DNA of 38,460 nt from Occultella glacieicola. GTDB taxonomy: Bacteria; Actinomycetota; Actinomycetes; Actinomycetales; Beutenbergiaceae. A model generated the notes under the pieces. It worked only from the letters and a program-made list of their open reading frames with translations. It was not told where the DNA came from and did not search any database. A program made the position numbers and the translations under genes. This document shows, piece after piece, positions 19,126 to 29,281 of this stretch. The stretch's first letter is position 1, and the number at the start of each line of letters is the position of its first letter. Where the stretch lies: positions 124,001-162,460 of the forward strand of contig NZ_SMNA01000011.1 in NCBI RefSeq assembly GCF_004353825.1, read 5' to 3'.

Positions 19126-20982
19126 TCAGGACCAGTCCGGCAGGTAGGCCCTCGTGGCGGCGTCGATCGCCACCGAGTACGTCCAGTCGGTGCGCCGCGT
19201 GGAGCCCCAGGCCTGCCAGCCCTGCCGCTCGCTGTGCGCGAGGACCGTGACGCCGTCCGGCACCCAGGGCCCGGCGATCGGGGAGAAGAACGGGATCGCC
19301 CCCACGGCGCCGATGAAGGTCGCCCAGCGCCGGGCGATCTGACTGCGTTTCCACGGCCCGAGGACCACCATCACCCGGCGGTGCTGCAGGTAGTTCGCGA
19401 CCAGTTCGATCTCCCAGGCGAAGCCCTGCCGGACCTCCTTCGGGGTCGCACTCAGGATCACCGCTCGGGCCGTCTGTGCGTACCGGGCCACGTGCTGCTG
19501 CCACTCGTCGTTGCTGAAGCTGGCCCGGGCGGCGCCGATCGGGGCGATCCGGGCCCCGGGCGGCGCGATCGCGATGACCGGCCCGGACATCGACAGCTGC
19601 TGCACCAGCACCTCCTCGAACCGCACCTGCCGGAACAGGCTGAGCGCCCCGAGCAGGCCTCGTCGACGCAGCAGGCCCGGTAGCTTCAGCGAGTCCTCGT
19701 CGAAGCTGCGCAGGTACAGGTAGTGCGGCCGGGTGTCCTGCGCGAGAGCGTCCGCGACCGAGGCGGCGCGGATCCGCCGTCCGAACTCGTCCAGGGCCAC
19801 CAGGAGTGCGATGACGACGAGGAGCACGGGCACCAGCCAGACCTGAAGGTCTCCCGCGAACGCCCGGGCGATCGGGTACAGCGGGGCGGCGAGCGGCTCC
19901 CAGCGCCCCGAGAGCCCGTCAGCGGACGAGACCGGCCACCCGCCGGACGCCCCCGCGTACCAGTTCAGCAGCACGAAGATGACGAGCACCACCGGCAACA
20001 TCCCGTAGGCGATGGTGCTCAGGGCCATGCCCACCCCGCCCCGGGCACCGAGGCTGCCGAGTCGCGCCGGCCGCACGTCCTCCACCGGGTGCGGCGGCAG
20101 GAACCGGTACATCAGGGCGACGATCCCGACGAGCACCGCGAGCGCGACCAGGACGCCGATCGCGGCGCCGGTGTCGCGGGCGACGATCGCCTGCAGCTCG
20201 ACCAGTACGAGGAACCCGGCGAGGCCCCAGACGAACAGGCGGACCCGTCGCTTCCAACGTGCGGTCATCACCACCTGGGTGAGGTCGTGGTACCGGGGTG
20301 AGGTCGATCCCGACCGGTACCGCGGGCGGCGCAGGAAGGCGATCAGGCGGAACGGACCGACGAAGACGATCCAGACCAGCCACACGAAGACGATGGTCTG
20401 GATGAGCACGTCACTGACGTCGTAACGGGGCGACTCCACGTCGTCGTAGCCCTGCCCGGCCAGCGTGTCCTGCAGGTCGAGCACGTACGGGGCCAGTTGC
20501 CCGGCGCACGCGCGGGGGTCCTCGGGGCAGGGCATCCGCAGTTCCACGAGCGTCGTCGCGTCCGCCCCGCTCGCGATCCACTGCCACCTCAGCTCGGCGT
20601 CCGCCCCGTTCCAGCGGACCCGCTCGCGATCGTCGAGCACGGCGACCCCGGTGACCGGCCGGCCCGGGATCCCGCGCCACTCGGCCATCCCGATCGCCTC
20701 GTCGTCGTCGTCGCAGACGGCGTGCCACAGGGTCAGTTCCCCGCCGGCGCCGGGTCCCTGCCAGCGCCACTGCTGCGCGGTGCCGCAGCCGGGCGCGTCC
20801 TCGAGGCTCTCGTCGACGGACGAGGTGACCAGGAACCAGTCGTCGCCGGGGGTCCAGGGTGGGTCCCCGGCCGGCGCCGCGATGGCCGACGGCGTCGCGA
20901 AGGTCAGCAGGACGACGGTCACCAGGACGGTGGTCAGGGTGAGCAACGCGCGCCGGGTTCGGCGCCCGATGGGCGCCCTCAC
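19126..20982 (-). CDS. Multi-pass membrane protein: signal peptide, Cys-containing ectodomain, ~5 TM helices, C-terminal TIR-like domain
   Basis: GTGA overlap with the upstream stop; signal ending PSAIA|A; C-terminal YLYLRSFDED...EEVL...GPVIAI.PPG....GAAR....EWQQHV....ARAVILS.T....GFAWEIE....RVMVVL. The TIR assignment is pattern-based inference. Confidence 0.75.
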   Translation of the reverse strand: MRAPIGRRTRRALLTLTTVLVTVVLLTFATPSAIAAPAGDPPWTPGDDWFLVTSSVDESLEDAPGCGTAQQWRWQGPGAGGELTLWHAVCDDDDEAIGMAEWRGIPGRPVTGVAVLDDRERVRWNGADAELRWQWIASGADATTLVELRMPCPEDPRACAGQLAPYVLDLQDTLAGQGYDDVESPRYDVSDVLIQTIVFVWLVWIVFVGPFRLIAFLRRPRYRSGSTSPRYHDLTQVVMTARWKRRVRLFVWGLAGFLVLVELQAIVARDTGAAIGVLVALAVLVGIVALMYRFLPPHPVEDVRPARLGSLGARGGVGMALSTIAYGMLPVVLVIFVLLNWYAGASGGWPVSSADGLSGRWEPLAAPLYPIARAFAGDLQVWLVPVLLVVIALLVALDEFGRRIRAASVADALAQDTRPHYLYLRSFDEDSLKLPGLLRRRGLLGALSLFRQVRFEEVLVQQLSMSGPVIAIAPPGARIAPIGAARASFSNDEWQQHVARYAQTARAVILSATPKEVRQGFAWEIELVANYLQHRRVMVVLGPWKRSQIARRWATFIGAVGAIPFFSPIAGPWVPDGVTVLAHSERQGWQAWGSTRRTDWTYSVAIDAATRAYLPDWS

Positions 20983-21512
20983 TCCGGTCTCTCGTAGTCG
21001 TCCGGCCAGACGACGACCACCTCGATGCCGGCATCGCGCGCGGCGGCGACCACCTGCGCGGTCCCCCCGACGCCACGCTCGGCCTGACCGTCCCAGACGG
21101 CCAGCAACAGGTCAGCGCCCTCGAGCACCGCCAGGCCGGCGGCCAGGTAGGCATCCGGGCCCGGTTCGTCGTAGTCGAGCACACGCACGGAATCGGCCCG
21201 AGCCAAGAGGTCCTCGAACGGGTCCCGGAACTGCCCGAGCAGGGACTCGGCGTACCCGGCGGCGGGCAGCACGACCTCGAGGCGCAGGCCGAGGGACAGG
21301 GCGATCTCGGCTGCCAGCTGGTCGGCGCCCTCGGCGAGACTGCTCACGAGGTGGGCCGGCTGCCTCTGCTCATTCGGCCCGGTCGGCCCGGCCGGCCCGC
21401 CGTCACTCCTGCGCGCGTAGGGTACGAGGACCGCGCGCACCCCCGCGGCGATCACGTCGCGGGCGGCGTCGTCGTAGATCCGGTGGCCCGAGACGGCGAT
21501 CCTGACGCTCAT
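20979..21512 (-). CDS. SLOG-superfamily (YpsA/DprA/LOG-like) nucleotide-binding protein, 177 aa
   Basis: Starts at ATG 21512 (ATGA overlap); IAVSGHR, SSLAEGADQ, VVLP, LLAVWDG....G.GGTAQVV..A motifs. Confidence 0.85.
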   Translation of the reverse strand: MSVRIAVSGHRIYDDAARDVIAAGVRAVLVPYARRSDGGPAGPTGPNEQRQPAHLVSSLAEGADQLAAEIALSLGLRLEVVLPAAGYAESLLGQFRDPFEDLLARADSVRVLDYDEPGPDAYLAAGLAVLEGADLLLAVWDGQAERGVGGTAQVVAAARDAGIEVVVVWPDDYERPE

Positions 21513-22459
21513 CCGACCGACTCGTCCGGGGTCCGGCCGGGCTCGGCGGTGCGCAGCGACTGCCAGGTGGTCGACTCGTCGGCGAGCACGGCCTCGGACC
21601 GGGCCACGAACGAGGGCCAGTCCTGCTCGTCGATGCCTTCCCGGGACCACGCGACCAGGGTGGCCAGGTGGCTGGCCGTGCGGCCGTAGATCTCGTGGGT
21701 CTTGCGGTGCTGGCGCATCTGGTTCCAGGCCCCGAACACCGCGGCCAGTGCGCCGAAGACCCCGAGCAGGTCGAGGTCGATGATGTTCGCGGCCTTGAGC
21801 ACCGCGGCGGCGAGCCCGGCGGCCTCGGCGAGGAGCATGGCGAGGAACCAGCGGTCGGCGAGCGCACCGTGCCGGCGGCTCTTGCGCGCGTACCAGGTCA
21901 TCTGGTCCACGATCCGACCGGTCACGTAGGCGTCGCGCCGGGTGGCGAAGTCCGCCTCGCGCAGGTCGGACATGGCCCGGGTGACGTACTCGAGGTTCTC
22001 GCCGTGCGTCGCCAGCGTCACGCCCAGGTCCGCGATCTCGTCGTTCTGCGCGGACAGGAACATCCGCCGCGCCCGGGGCCCGTCGAGGTCCGGGCCGAAC
22101 GGTGCGCCGCGCACGGCGAAGCGCCAGCTGTCCGCCTTCGCCGACTCGGCGACCGACCGGGCCCGCAGCCAGTGCGACTCGGAGTCCTTGGTGTTGAGGT
22201 AGACGCGCAGCAGCAGGCTGGCCCCGAAACACACGGCGCCGAGGACGGCCACGATGTCCGCCCCGGAGCCCGGCAGCGGGATGGAGAACGTCCCGCACAG
22301 TGCGGCCAGCACGAGCAGCGTGTAGTGGACCCGCATGCCCCGCACGAACGTGGTCTGAGCCTTGACGGCCACATCGTCGGCGGCGGCGACCACCCCGGAG
22401 AGGTCCTCGTCGCGCAGGATGCCCGGCGGGCGCACACTCGGCTCCGACGTCTGGCTCAT
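21509..22459 (-). CDS. DUF4231/SLATT (SMODS- and SLOG-associating 2TM effector) tandem-domain protein, 316 aa
   Basis: ATG 22459 with GGAGGGG Shine-Dalgarno; two TM hairpins; W..ARS.AES.K..SWRFAV.G.PF, Y..GRI.DQ..WY..KS, W..FV...E..L..E...W motifs. Confidence 0.88.
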   Translation of the reverse strand: MSQTSEPSVRPPGILRDEDLSGVVAAADDVAVKAQTTFVRGMRVHYTLLVLAALCGTFSIPLPGSGADIVAVLGAVCFGASLLLRVYLNTKDSESHWLRARSVAESAKADSWRFAVRGAPFGPDLDGPRARRMFLSAQNDEIADLGVTLATHGENLEYVTRAMSDLREADFATRRDAYVTGRIVDQMTWYARKSRRHGALADRWFLAMLLAEAAGLAAAVLKAANIIDLDLLGVFGALAAVFGAWNQMRQHRKTHEIYGRTASHLATLVAWSREGIDEQDWPSFVARSEAVLADESTTWQSLRTAEPGRTPDESVG

Positions 22460-22517
22460 GCACCCCTCCGGCGATCCATCGACGGCCCAGCCTAATGGCC
22501 GTGAACCGGCGGCGGCG

Positions 22518-23669
22518 TCAGTTTCCGCGGTAGGGGCGCACCTGCACCAGGTCGTCCCGGTGGACCACCTCGCGGTCGTTGCCGTCCCCGAACCGCTCCC
22601 GGAGCTGGGCCGACGTGGCCCCCATCCGCTCGGGCAGCTCCTCGGCGGCGTAGGCCACCAGCCCGCGGGCCACGACGGTGCCGTCGGCGGCGCCGATCTC
22701 GACCGGGTCACCCGCCTGGAAGGTGCCCTCGACACCGATCAGTCCGGCGGCGAGCAGCGACTTCTTCCCGACGGTCACCGCCCGGACGGCGCCCTCGTCG
22801 ATGATCAGCCGGCCGCGGGTGTGGGCGGCGTGAGCGAGCCATAGGCGGCGCGTCCGGATTCGGCGCCCGGTGGCCGCGAACCAGGTGCCGACGTCGTCCC
22901 CGGCGAGCGCGGCGGCCGCGTTCGCCGCACTGGTCAGGATGACCGGCACCCCGGAGCCGACGGCGATCTGTGCCGCCTCGACCTTCGTCACCATGCCACC
23001 GGTCCCGACGTGGGAACCCTTCGCGGTCAGCTCGATGCCGTCGAGGTCCGCCGGGGAGTCCACCCGGGCGACCCGGGTCGAGCCCGGGCGGGTCGGCGGG
23101 CCGTCGTAGAGGGCGTCCACGTCCGAGAGCAGCAACAGCCCGTCGGCCCGGACCAGGTGGGTGACCAGGGCCGCGAGGCGGTCGTTGTCCCCGAACCGGA
23201 TCTCGTGGGTGGCGACCGCGTCGTTCTCGTTCACGATCGGGATCACGCCGAGCGCGAGCAGGCGCACCAGGGCACGCTGGGCGTTGCGGTAGTGGCTGCG
23301 CCGGATCACGTCCTCGACGGTGAGCAGCACCTGACCGACGGTCCGCGCGTGCGCTGCGAACGCCCGGGTGTAGTGCGCCATGAGGAGGCCCTGGCCCACG
23401 CTGGCGGCGGCCTGGGCGGTGGCCAGGTCCTTCGGGCGGGCGCTCAGGCCGAGCACCGTGAGCGCGGAGGCGATCGCTCCGGAGGAGACCAGGATCACCT
23501 GCCCCCCGGCGGCCACCCGGGTGGCCAGGACGTCCGTGAGCGCCTGCAGCCGCTCGACGTCGAGGCGACCGGCGTCATCGGTGAGCGAGGAGGAGCCGAC
23601 CTTCACCACGATCCGACGGGCGCGCGCCGGATCGGCGAACTCCGACCGGTCGGTGAGGGTCGCGGTCAT
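22518..23669 (-). CDS. proB: Glutamate 5-kinase
   Basis: [37 protein letters not shown]-terminal PUA domain; ATGA overlap with obgE. Confidence 0.98.
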   Translation of the reverse strand: MTATLTDRSEFADPARARRIVVKVGSSSLTDDAGRLDVERLQALTDVLATRVAAGGQVILVSSGAIASALTVLGLSARPKDLATAQAAASVGQGLLMAHYTRAFAAHARTVGQVLLTVEDVIRRSHYRNAQRALVRLLALGVIPIVNENDAVATHEIRFGDNDRLAALVTHLVRADGLLLLSDVDALYDGPPTRPGSTRVARVDSPADLDGIELTAKGSHVGTGGMVTKVEAAQIAVGSGVPVILTSAANAAAALAGDDVGTWFAATGRRIRTRRLWLAHAAHTRGRLIIDEGAVRAVTVGKKSLLAAGLIGVEGTFQAGDPVEIGAADGTVVARGLVAYAAEELPERMGATSAQLRERFGDGNDREVVHRDDLVQVRPYRGN

Positions 23670-25168
23670 CGGTCGTCGTCGTCGTCTCGATCGGTCCACA
23701 GTTCGGCGCGGGCCGCGGCCTTGGCGTCCATCCGTTCGTGGAACTCCTCGCGCTTCTCGGCGCGGGTGGGCCGGCTGCGCTCCTCGAGGCGGAGGTCCGT
23801 GCCGCGCGGGGAGGCGAGCAGCTCGGGCCCGGTGAGCAGGGTCGGCTCCCAGTCGAACACGACGCCGCGGGGACCGTCGCCGATCACGACCTCGTCGCCC
23901 GCGACGGCACCGGCCTTGAACAGCTGGTCCTCGACGCCGAGCCGGTGGAGCCGGTCGGCGAGGTAGCCGACCGCCTCGTCGTTGGCGAAGTCGGTCTGGC
24001 GCACCCACCGCTCCGGCTTGTCGCCCCGCACGAGGTAGTAGACGTGGTCGGTCTGCCGGCGCGTGACCGTGAAGCCGGCCTCGTTGACGGCGCGGGGCCG
24101 AAGCACGGTGCGGGTCGCCTCGGGGGCGGGCGCGGCGTCCCGGGCCTGCTGCACGATCTCGGCGAGCGCGAACGACAGTTGCCGCAGGCCCTCGTGGGAG
24201 GCGGTGGAGATCTCGAACACCCGCAAGCCCCGGGCCTCGAGGTCGGGGCGGACCAGTTCGGCCAGGTCACGCGCCTCGGGCACGTCGATCTTGTTCAGCA
24301 CCACGAGCCGCGGCCGCTCGGTCAGCGGGACCCGGCCGCCCTCGATGCCGACGTCGCCGGCGTACGCGGCCAGTTCCGCCTCGATGACGTCGAGGTCGGT
24401 GATCGGGTCGCGCCCGGGGTCGAGCGTGGCGCAGTCGAGCACGTGCACGATCACCGCGCAGCGCTCGATGTGGCGCAGGAACTCCAGGCCCAGGCCCTTG
24501 CCCTCGCTGGCACCGGGGATCAGCCCGGGCACGTCCGCCATCGTGAACCGGGCCTGGCCGGCCTGCACCACACCGAGGTTCGGCACCAGGGTGGTGAACG
24601 GGTAGTCGGCGATCTTGGGGCGGGCCGCGGACATCGCCGCGACCAGCGAGGACTTGCCGGCGCTCGGGAACCCGACGAGGGCCACGTCCGCGACGGTCTT
24701 GACCTCGAGGACGAGGTCCTCCTCCCAGCCGGGCTCGCCGAGCAGGGCGAAGCCAGGGGCCTTGCGCTTGGGTGAGGAAAGCGCGGCGTTCCCGAGACCG
24801 CCCTGCCCGCCGCGGGCGGCCACGTAGCGGGTGCCGGCGCCGACCAGGTCGGCGAGCAGCTCGCCGTCGGGCGTCTTCACGACCGTGCCGTCCGGCACCA
24901 GCAGCACCAGGTCCTCCCCGCGCCTGCCGGTGCGCATGTCGCCGGCGCCCTGGGTACCGCCCTCGGCCCGGCGGTGCGGGGAGTGGTGGTAGTCGAGCAG
25001 CGTGGTGGTCTGTGGGTCCACCTCGAGGATCACGTCACCGCCGGAGCCGCCGTTGGCACCGTCGGGCCCCCCGAGCGGCTTGAACTTCTCACGGTGCACG
25101 GACGCGCAGCCGTGGCCACCGTCCCCGCCGCGCGCGTGCAGGACCACACGGTCCACGAAGTTCGCCAT
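23666..25168 (-). CDS. obgE: GTPase ObgE/CgtA
   Basis: FVDRV...[29 protein letters not shown]. Confidence 0.99.
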   Translation of the reverse strand: MANFVDRVVLHARGGDGGHGCASVHREKFKPLGGPDGANGGSGGDVILEVDPQTTTLLDYHHSPHRRAEGGTQGAGDMRTGRRGEDLVLLVPDGTVVKTPDGELLADLVGAGTRYVAARGGQGGLGNAALSSPKRKAPGFALLGEPGWEEDLVLEVKTVADVALVGFPSAGKSSLVAAMSAARPKIADYPFTTLVPNLGVVQAGQARFTMADVPGLIPGASEGKGLGLEFLRHIERCAVIVHVLDCATLDPGRDPITDLDVIEAELAAYAGDVGIEGGRVPLTERPRLVVLNKIDVPEARDLAELVRPDLEARGLRVFEISTASHEGLRQLSFALAEIVQQARDAAPAPEATRTVLRPRAVNEAGFTVTRRQTDHVYYLVRGDKPERWVRQTDFANDEAVGYLADRLHRLGVEDQLFKAGAVAGDEVVIGDGPRGVVFDWEPTLLTGPELLASPRGTDLRLEERSRPTRAEKREEFHERMDAKAAARAELWTDRDDDDDR

Positions 25169-25211
25169 GGCTGGCTACCTCCCGATTGCTGGGTCGACGG
25201 ATGGTGTGGAA

Positions 25212-25259
25212 CAAAAGACGGCGGGGGCGGAGCGGCTCATTGCCGCTCCGCCCCCGCCG
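25212..25259 (-). terminator. Intrinsic terminator after rpmA
   Basis: Perfect 18-bp stem 25219-25236/25242-25259 followed on the minus strand by TCTTTTG. Confidence 0.8.
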
Positions 25260-25283
25260 GACGTTCGTGAGTGCGCGGGAGGC

Positions 25284-25541
25284 TCAGGCCTCGGCGGCGA
25301 CGACGTCGATGACCTTGCGGCCACGGCGGCTACCGAACTGCACCGCACCCGGTTCCAGGGCGAACAGGGTGTCGTCCTTGCCGCGGCCGACGTTGTTGCC
25401 CGGGTGGAAGTGGGTGCCCCGCTGGCGGACGATGATCTCGCCGGCCTTGACGACCTCGCCACCGAAGCGCTTGACGCCGAGCCGCTGAGCGTTGGAGTCG
25501 CGCCCGTTGCGGGAGGAGCTTGCGCCCTTCTTGTGTGCCAT
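25284..25541 (-). CDS. rpmA: 50S ribosomal protein L27
   Basis: [22 protein letters not shown]. Confidence 0.99.
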   Translation of the reverse strand: MAHKKGASSSRNGRDSNAQRLGVKRFGGEVVKAGEIIVRQRGTHFHPGNNVGRGKDDTLFALEPGAVQFGSRRGRKVIDVVAAEA

Positions 25542-25579
25542 GACGAACCTGCTCTTTCGAAGCTCTGAGGGTGGGAGGG

Positions 25580-25888
25580 TTACTTGATACCGGTGACCTT
25601 GAGGCGCGTCAGCTGCTGACGGTGCCCCTGGCGCTTGCGGTATCCGGTCTTGTTCTTGAACTTGAGGATGGTGATCTTCGGGCCCTTCTCGTCCCGAACG
25701 ATCTCCGCCGTCACCGTGACCTTCTTCAGGTCGGCGGCCGCGGAGGTCACCTTCTCCCCGTCGACGAGCAGGAGGGGCTCGAGTTCGACCGAGTCACCCT
25801 CGGCGCCCTTGAGACGGTCCACGACGACGACGTCACCGACGGACACCTTCTCCTGTCGGCCGCCGGCCTTGACGATCGCGTACACCAC
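25580..25888 (-). CDS. rplU: 50S ribosomal protein L21
   Basis: [13 protein letters not shown] ... [14 protein letters not shown]. Confidence 0.99.
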   Translation of the reverse strand: MVYAIVKAGGRQEKVSVGDVVVVDRLKGAEGDSVELEPLLLVDGEKVTSAAADLKKVTVTAEIVRDEKGPKITILKFKNKTGYRKRQGHRQQLTRLKVTGIK

Positions 25889-26174
25889 TTTTCCTGCTCA
25901 TCTCTGTCGTCACAACATGTCTGGGTTCCCGCGCAGGCAGCCATCTCGGGCCTGATGGCCATCGAAGACATCCGCTGCTCACACCCTGGGGCGCGCACCA
26001 CGGGAGACGGTGCTGGGGCACCGACGCTCAAGATTACGCGAGAGGGGCCGCCGGAGCAAACCTCGCACGTGTGAGTTTCGCCATGACGGGGTGGGCCCGG
26101 GTGGGCCCGGCGCCCCGATGGGGCAGGATGTGCCCCGCACGCACCCGCCGTCGACCGGAACCGAGGCCCGAAGC

Positions 26175-26909
26175 ATGCCCGCCGATTCTCCCACGATCCT
26201 GGCCACGTCCGGTGGCTACCGTCCCGGGCACCGGGTGCGACTGGAGTTCGACGCCCTGGTGCACCACGGCGTCGACCTCTCCGGGGTGTCCGGCCGGGCG
26301 CCCCGGGTCAGCTTTCTCGGCACGGCCGGCGGCGACCAGGAGTGGCGGATCGCGATGATGCACGAAGCAGCGCGGGACGCCGGGTTCGACCTGACCGCGG
26401 TGCGCCTGTTCAGCATGCCCAACCTGGACGATCTCGAGGGGCACCTGCTCGGGGCGGACCTGATCTGGGTGGACGGCGGGTCGGTGGCGAACCTGCTCGC
26501 GGTCTGGCGGGTCCACGGCCTGGACGAGATCATGCGCCGGGCCTGGACGGCCGGGGTGGTCCTCGCCGGGGTGAGCGCCGGATCGATCTGCTGGTTCGAC
26601 GGAGGCACCACGGACTCCTTCGGCCCCGAACTGCGCCCGGTGACCAACGGCCTCGGACTGCTCCCCTACGGCAATGGCGTGCACTATGACAACGAGTCCC
26701 GCCGTCGGCCGCTCGTGCACTCGCTCGTGGCGGACGGCACCCTCGGGCAGACGCACTGCACGGACGACGGCGTGGGTCTGGTCTATTCGGGCACCCGCCT
26801 CGTCGAGGCGGTCACCGAGGTCCCCGGCAAGGGCGCCTACGTGGTCCGCCGCGACGCCGCCGGCGGCGCCGTGGAGGAACGCCTCGAACCCCGGCTGCTG
26901 ACCCGCTGA
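26175..26909 (+). CDS. Peptidase E (family S51, class I glutamine amidotransferase-like)
   Basis: TILATSGG, IWVDGGSVANLLAVW, nucleophile GVSAG, NGVHYD. Confidence 0.9.
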   Translation: MPADSPTILATSGGYRPGHRVRLEFDALVHHGVDLSGVSGRAPRVSFLGTAGGDQEWRIAMMHEAARDAGFDLTAVRLFSMPNLDDLEGHLLGADLIWVDGGSVANLLAVWRVHGLDEIMRRAWTAGVVLAGVSAGSICWFDGGTTDSFGPELRPVTNGLGLLPYGNGVHYDNESRRRPLVHSLVADGTLGQTHCTDDGVGLVYSGTRLVEAVTEVPGKGAYVVRRDAAGGAVEERLEPRLLTR

Positions 26910-27032
26910 GGTCCGGACCGTGGATCGGGCCGGCGACCGTGGGATGCCCTCCCCTGGGCGGACAGGCCTGCCCATGGGCGGCCCGCTGTGGAGGCCGGGT
27001 GGCGGGCCGGTGGGCGACTAACCTGGGGCGCG

Positions 27033-29153
27033 ATGAGTCTCCAGCCCCAGACCGCCGCCCCGGCACCACCGAAGCGGCGCGTCCAGCCTGCGGTGCCCCG
27101 CACCCCGAGCCAGCTGCTGCTGGCGGGCGGAGGCGACCCGTTCGATCGCGCCCGCGCGGCGGTGGACTCGGCACTGGCCACCGTGCACGAACTGCTCGGC
27201 TTCCTGCCGGCCGAGCAGGATCAGCTGCACGGCCGGTTCACCACGCTCGCCTCGATGCTCGACGCGGACCGCCGGATGCTCGCCGACTGGCGGCTGGTCC
27301 CTGCCGAGCAGCAGCTCCTCGGCACTGTGACGCCGCCCACCTGGGGTGAGTACGCGACGCTGGCGGGGGCGCCGGCCGGCCGGACCCCGGTCAACCCCGA
27401 CCCACAGGCGGAGCCGGTGTACGGCTTCAACGCGGTGCTCGGGCACGTCGGTGGGGCGCTGAAGTCCGCGACGGACGCGCTCGCGCAGTTCGGTGGACAG
27501 CTCGGGTCGTCCCGCCGGTTCCTGCTCGCCGGCAACGTGGCCAACGCGGCCGCGGACGTCGACCACCTGGCCGCGATGTTCACCGCGGCCGTGTGGGACT
27601 ACGAACGGCCGGCCATGCCGACGCTGCCGGCCCGGTCCGGGCGCATCGAGCTGCGGGCCTCACCCCGGGCGCGGCCGCAGACCCGGTGGGCCCGGTACGC
27701 CCGCGCGATGTTCGTCGCCGACCGGGTCGAGTTCACGACGGCGCAGGGTCGGCGGGTGATCGGCCTGGACACCCCGATCGAGTACCTGCTGCACGTGGCG
27801 CCGCCGTCGCCGGTGGACGTGCTGGCGCCGTACGACCCGGCCGAGCGCTACGCGCGGGTTCCCCTCTACGACGAGCTCGGCGCCGTGCACTTCTGCAACG
27901 CCGCCGGCCAGAGCATGGGCGCGATCGCCGTCGCGGACTGGCTCGTCCAGCCCGAGGTCACCCAGGCCCAGTCCTGGTCTGCGGCGCCGGGCGCCGAGCA
28001 CCTGCGGGCGCACGGCCGCCTGGTGTGGGCGCTGCAGGCGAGCGGCATCACCGCCGGGGCCGCGACCCTCCGGGTGCCGATCCGGCGCGGTGTGGCGCAC
28101 CCGCCGATGGCCGACCCGTCCCGGGTCCGGCCCAAGGCGAGGGCCGGCGCCACCGGCGTGGCCAGCGCGCCGAACCCGGCCGCGATGCCGATCGAGGCGG
28201 TCGCCGACGTGATCCGCCCGGCCCCGCACCTCCTCCCTTACCGCGGCACCGCGGCCCGCCCGGCCGACGCCCACCGGCGCCGCGCCAAGCGCGGCAACAC
28301 CCTGAACAAGGACACCGGGCCGGCATCCCCGCTGAACGCGATCATCCGGTGGCCGGCGCTGGCCGCGATCATCATCGGCGGACTCGGCTCCGCCTACCTG
28401 CTCGCCAACACCTGGTGGGTGCGCACCTGCGTGATCCTGATGTTCGCCGCCGTGCTCGAGCCCTGGCTCTGGTGGCTGTGGTCCTGGGCCCGCGACCACG
28501 ACGTCCGCCGGATGAAGGCGGTGTACCGGCCCGGAGCCGCGCCCGGGCGGTCCAACCGGTTCTCCCGGCGGGCCGCGCTGCTGTTCGACGGCGCGAACGT
28601 GGGCATCCGCACCGCCACCGGCCACGAGGCCTGGCTGGCCGCATCCTCGGACACCGACATCGGGCTGGTCTCGGTGCAGCGGCTGATGCACCAGGGGCAG
28701 GCCTGGGCCTTCGCGCTCACCGACCGGTGGGGCCACTGGCGGGCCGTGCTGCCCGCCGAGGCGTGGGCTCCCGGTGGGGACCTGAGCGGCCTGGCGGGTT
28801 TCGCTCAGGCCGCCGGGTTGGAACTCGGGGACACCTCCGCCGTGCCGTTCACGGTGGCGAACGACCCGTTGCAGGAGTCGTCGGCGTTCGCGGCGACCCG
28901 GTCCACGGGCCCGCGCACCCGCGGCATGGTGATGCTCGGGATCTACGCGCTCTCCGTGGCCCCGCTGACCCTGCTGGGGTCCCGGACCGCGACGTTCATG
29001 CTGTTTCTGGTGGCCGCGATCGCGCTGACGCCGACGTTCCTGCGGTTCGTGTGGAACCGGTGGCTGGACCGTCCGTCCGCTGCCGGGGAGGCGGACGCCG
29101 GACGGCGCAGCGCCACTCGGGTGCCGATGAGCGCGGGGAACACCGGGCCCTGA
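27033..29153 (+). CDS. Hypothetical membrane protein (~706 aa; two TM hairpins)
   Basis: GC3-biased ORF; TAACCT at 27019-27024 suggests a leaderless ATG 27033; hydrophobic pairs near WPALAAIIIGG and MVMLGIYALSV. Confidence 0.75.
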   Translation: MSLQPQTAAPAPPKRRVQPAVPRTPSQLLLAGGGDPFDRARAAVDSALATVHELLGFLPAEQDQLHGRFTTLASMLDADRRMLADWRLVPAEQQLLGTVTPPTWGEYATLAGAPAGRTPVNPDPQAEPVYGFNAVLGHVGGALKSATDALAQFGGQLGSSRRFLLAGNVANAAADVDHLAAMFTAAVWDYERPAMPTLPARSGRIELRASPRARPQTRWARYARAMFVADRVEFTTAQGRRVIGLDTPIEYLLHVAPPSPVDVLAPYDPAERYARVPLYDELGAVHFCNAAGQSMGAIAVADWLVQPEVTQAQSWSAAPGAEHLRAHGRLVWALQASGITAGAATLRVPIRRGVAHPPMADPSRVRPKARAGATGVASAPNPAAMPIEAVADVIRPAPHLLPYRGTAARPADAHRRRAKRGNTLNKDTGPASPLNAIIRWPALAAIIIGGLGSAYLLANTWWVRTCVILMFAAVLEPWLWWLWSWARDHDVRRMKAVYRPGAAPGRSNRFSRRAALLFDGANVGIRTATGHEAWLAASSDTDIGLVSVQRLMHQGQAWAFALTDRWGHWRAVLPAEAWAPGGDLSGLAGFAQAAGLELGDTSAVPFTVANDPLQESSAFAATRSTGPRTRGMVMLGIYALSVAPLTLLGSRTATFMLFLVAAIALTPTFLRFVWNRWLDRPSAAGEADAGRRSATRVPMSAGNTGP

Positions 29154-29232
29154 GAATGCGCTGCGGCTCAGCACAACCCCGCAGCCACGTCTCTTGCGTT
29201 GCTCGCCGGTCGCACCAGCCGGCCGGACATGA

Positions 29233-29262
29233 CTGTGGGGCTCCCGGATGGAAGCCCCACAG
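29233..29262. terminator. Hairpin between convergent genes (probable rne terminator)
   Basis: CTGTGGGGCT...AGCCCCACAG 10-bp perfect stem. Confidence 0.55.
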
Positions 29263-29281
29263 GTCGGTCAACGTTGAGCGC

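Noticed and set aside
20979..22735. ORF-track calls 20979..22463 (494 aa) and 21509..22735 (408 aa) as long overlapping proteins
   Set aside because: The N-terminal extensions are off-frame readings of neighbouring genes; real starts are ATG 21512 and ATG 22459 (overlap coupling and Shine-Dalgarno).
25889..26040. Ribosomal-protein leader RNA upstream of rplU
   Set aside because: A ~140-nt leader is plausible (TAATCT at 26036-26031), but I cannot match it to a known structured family by eye.
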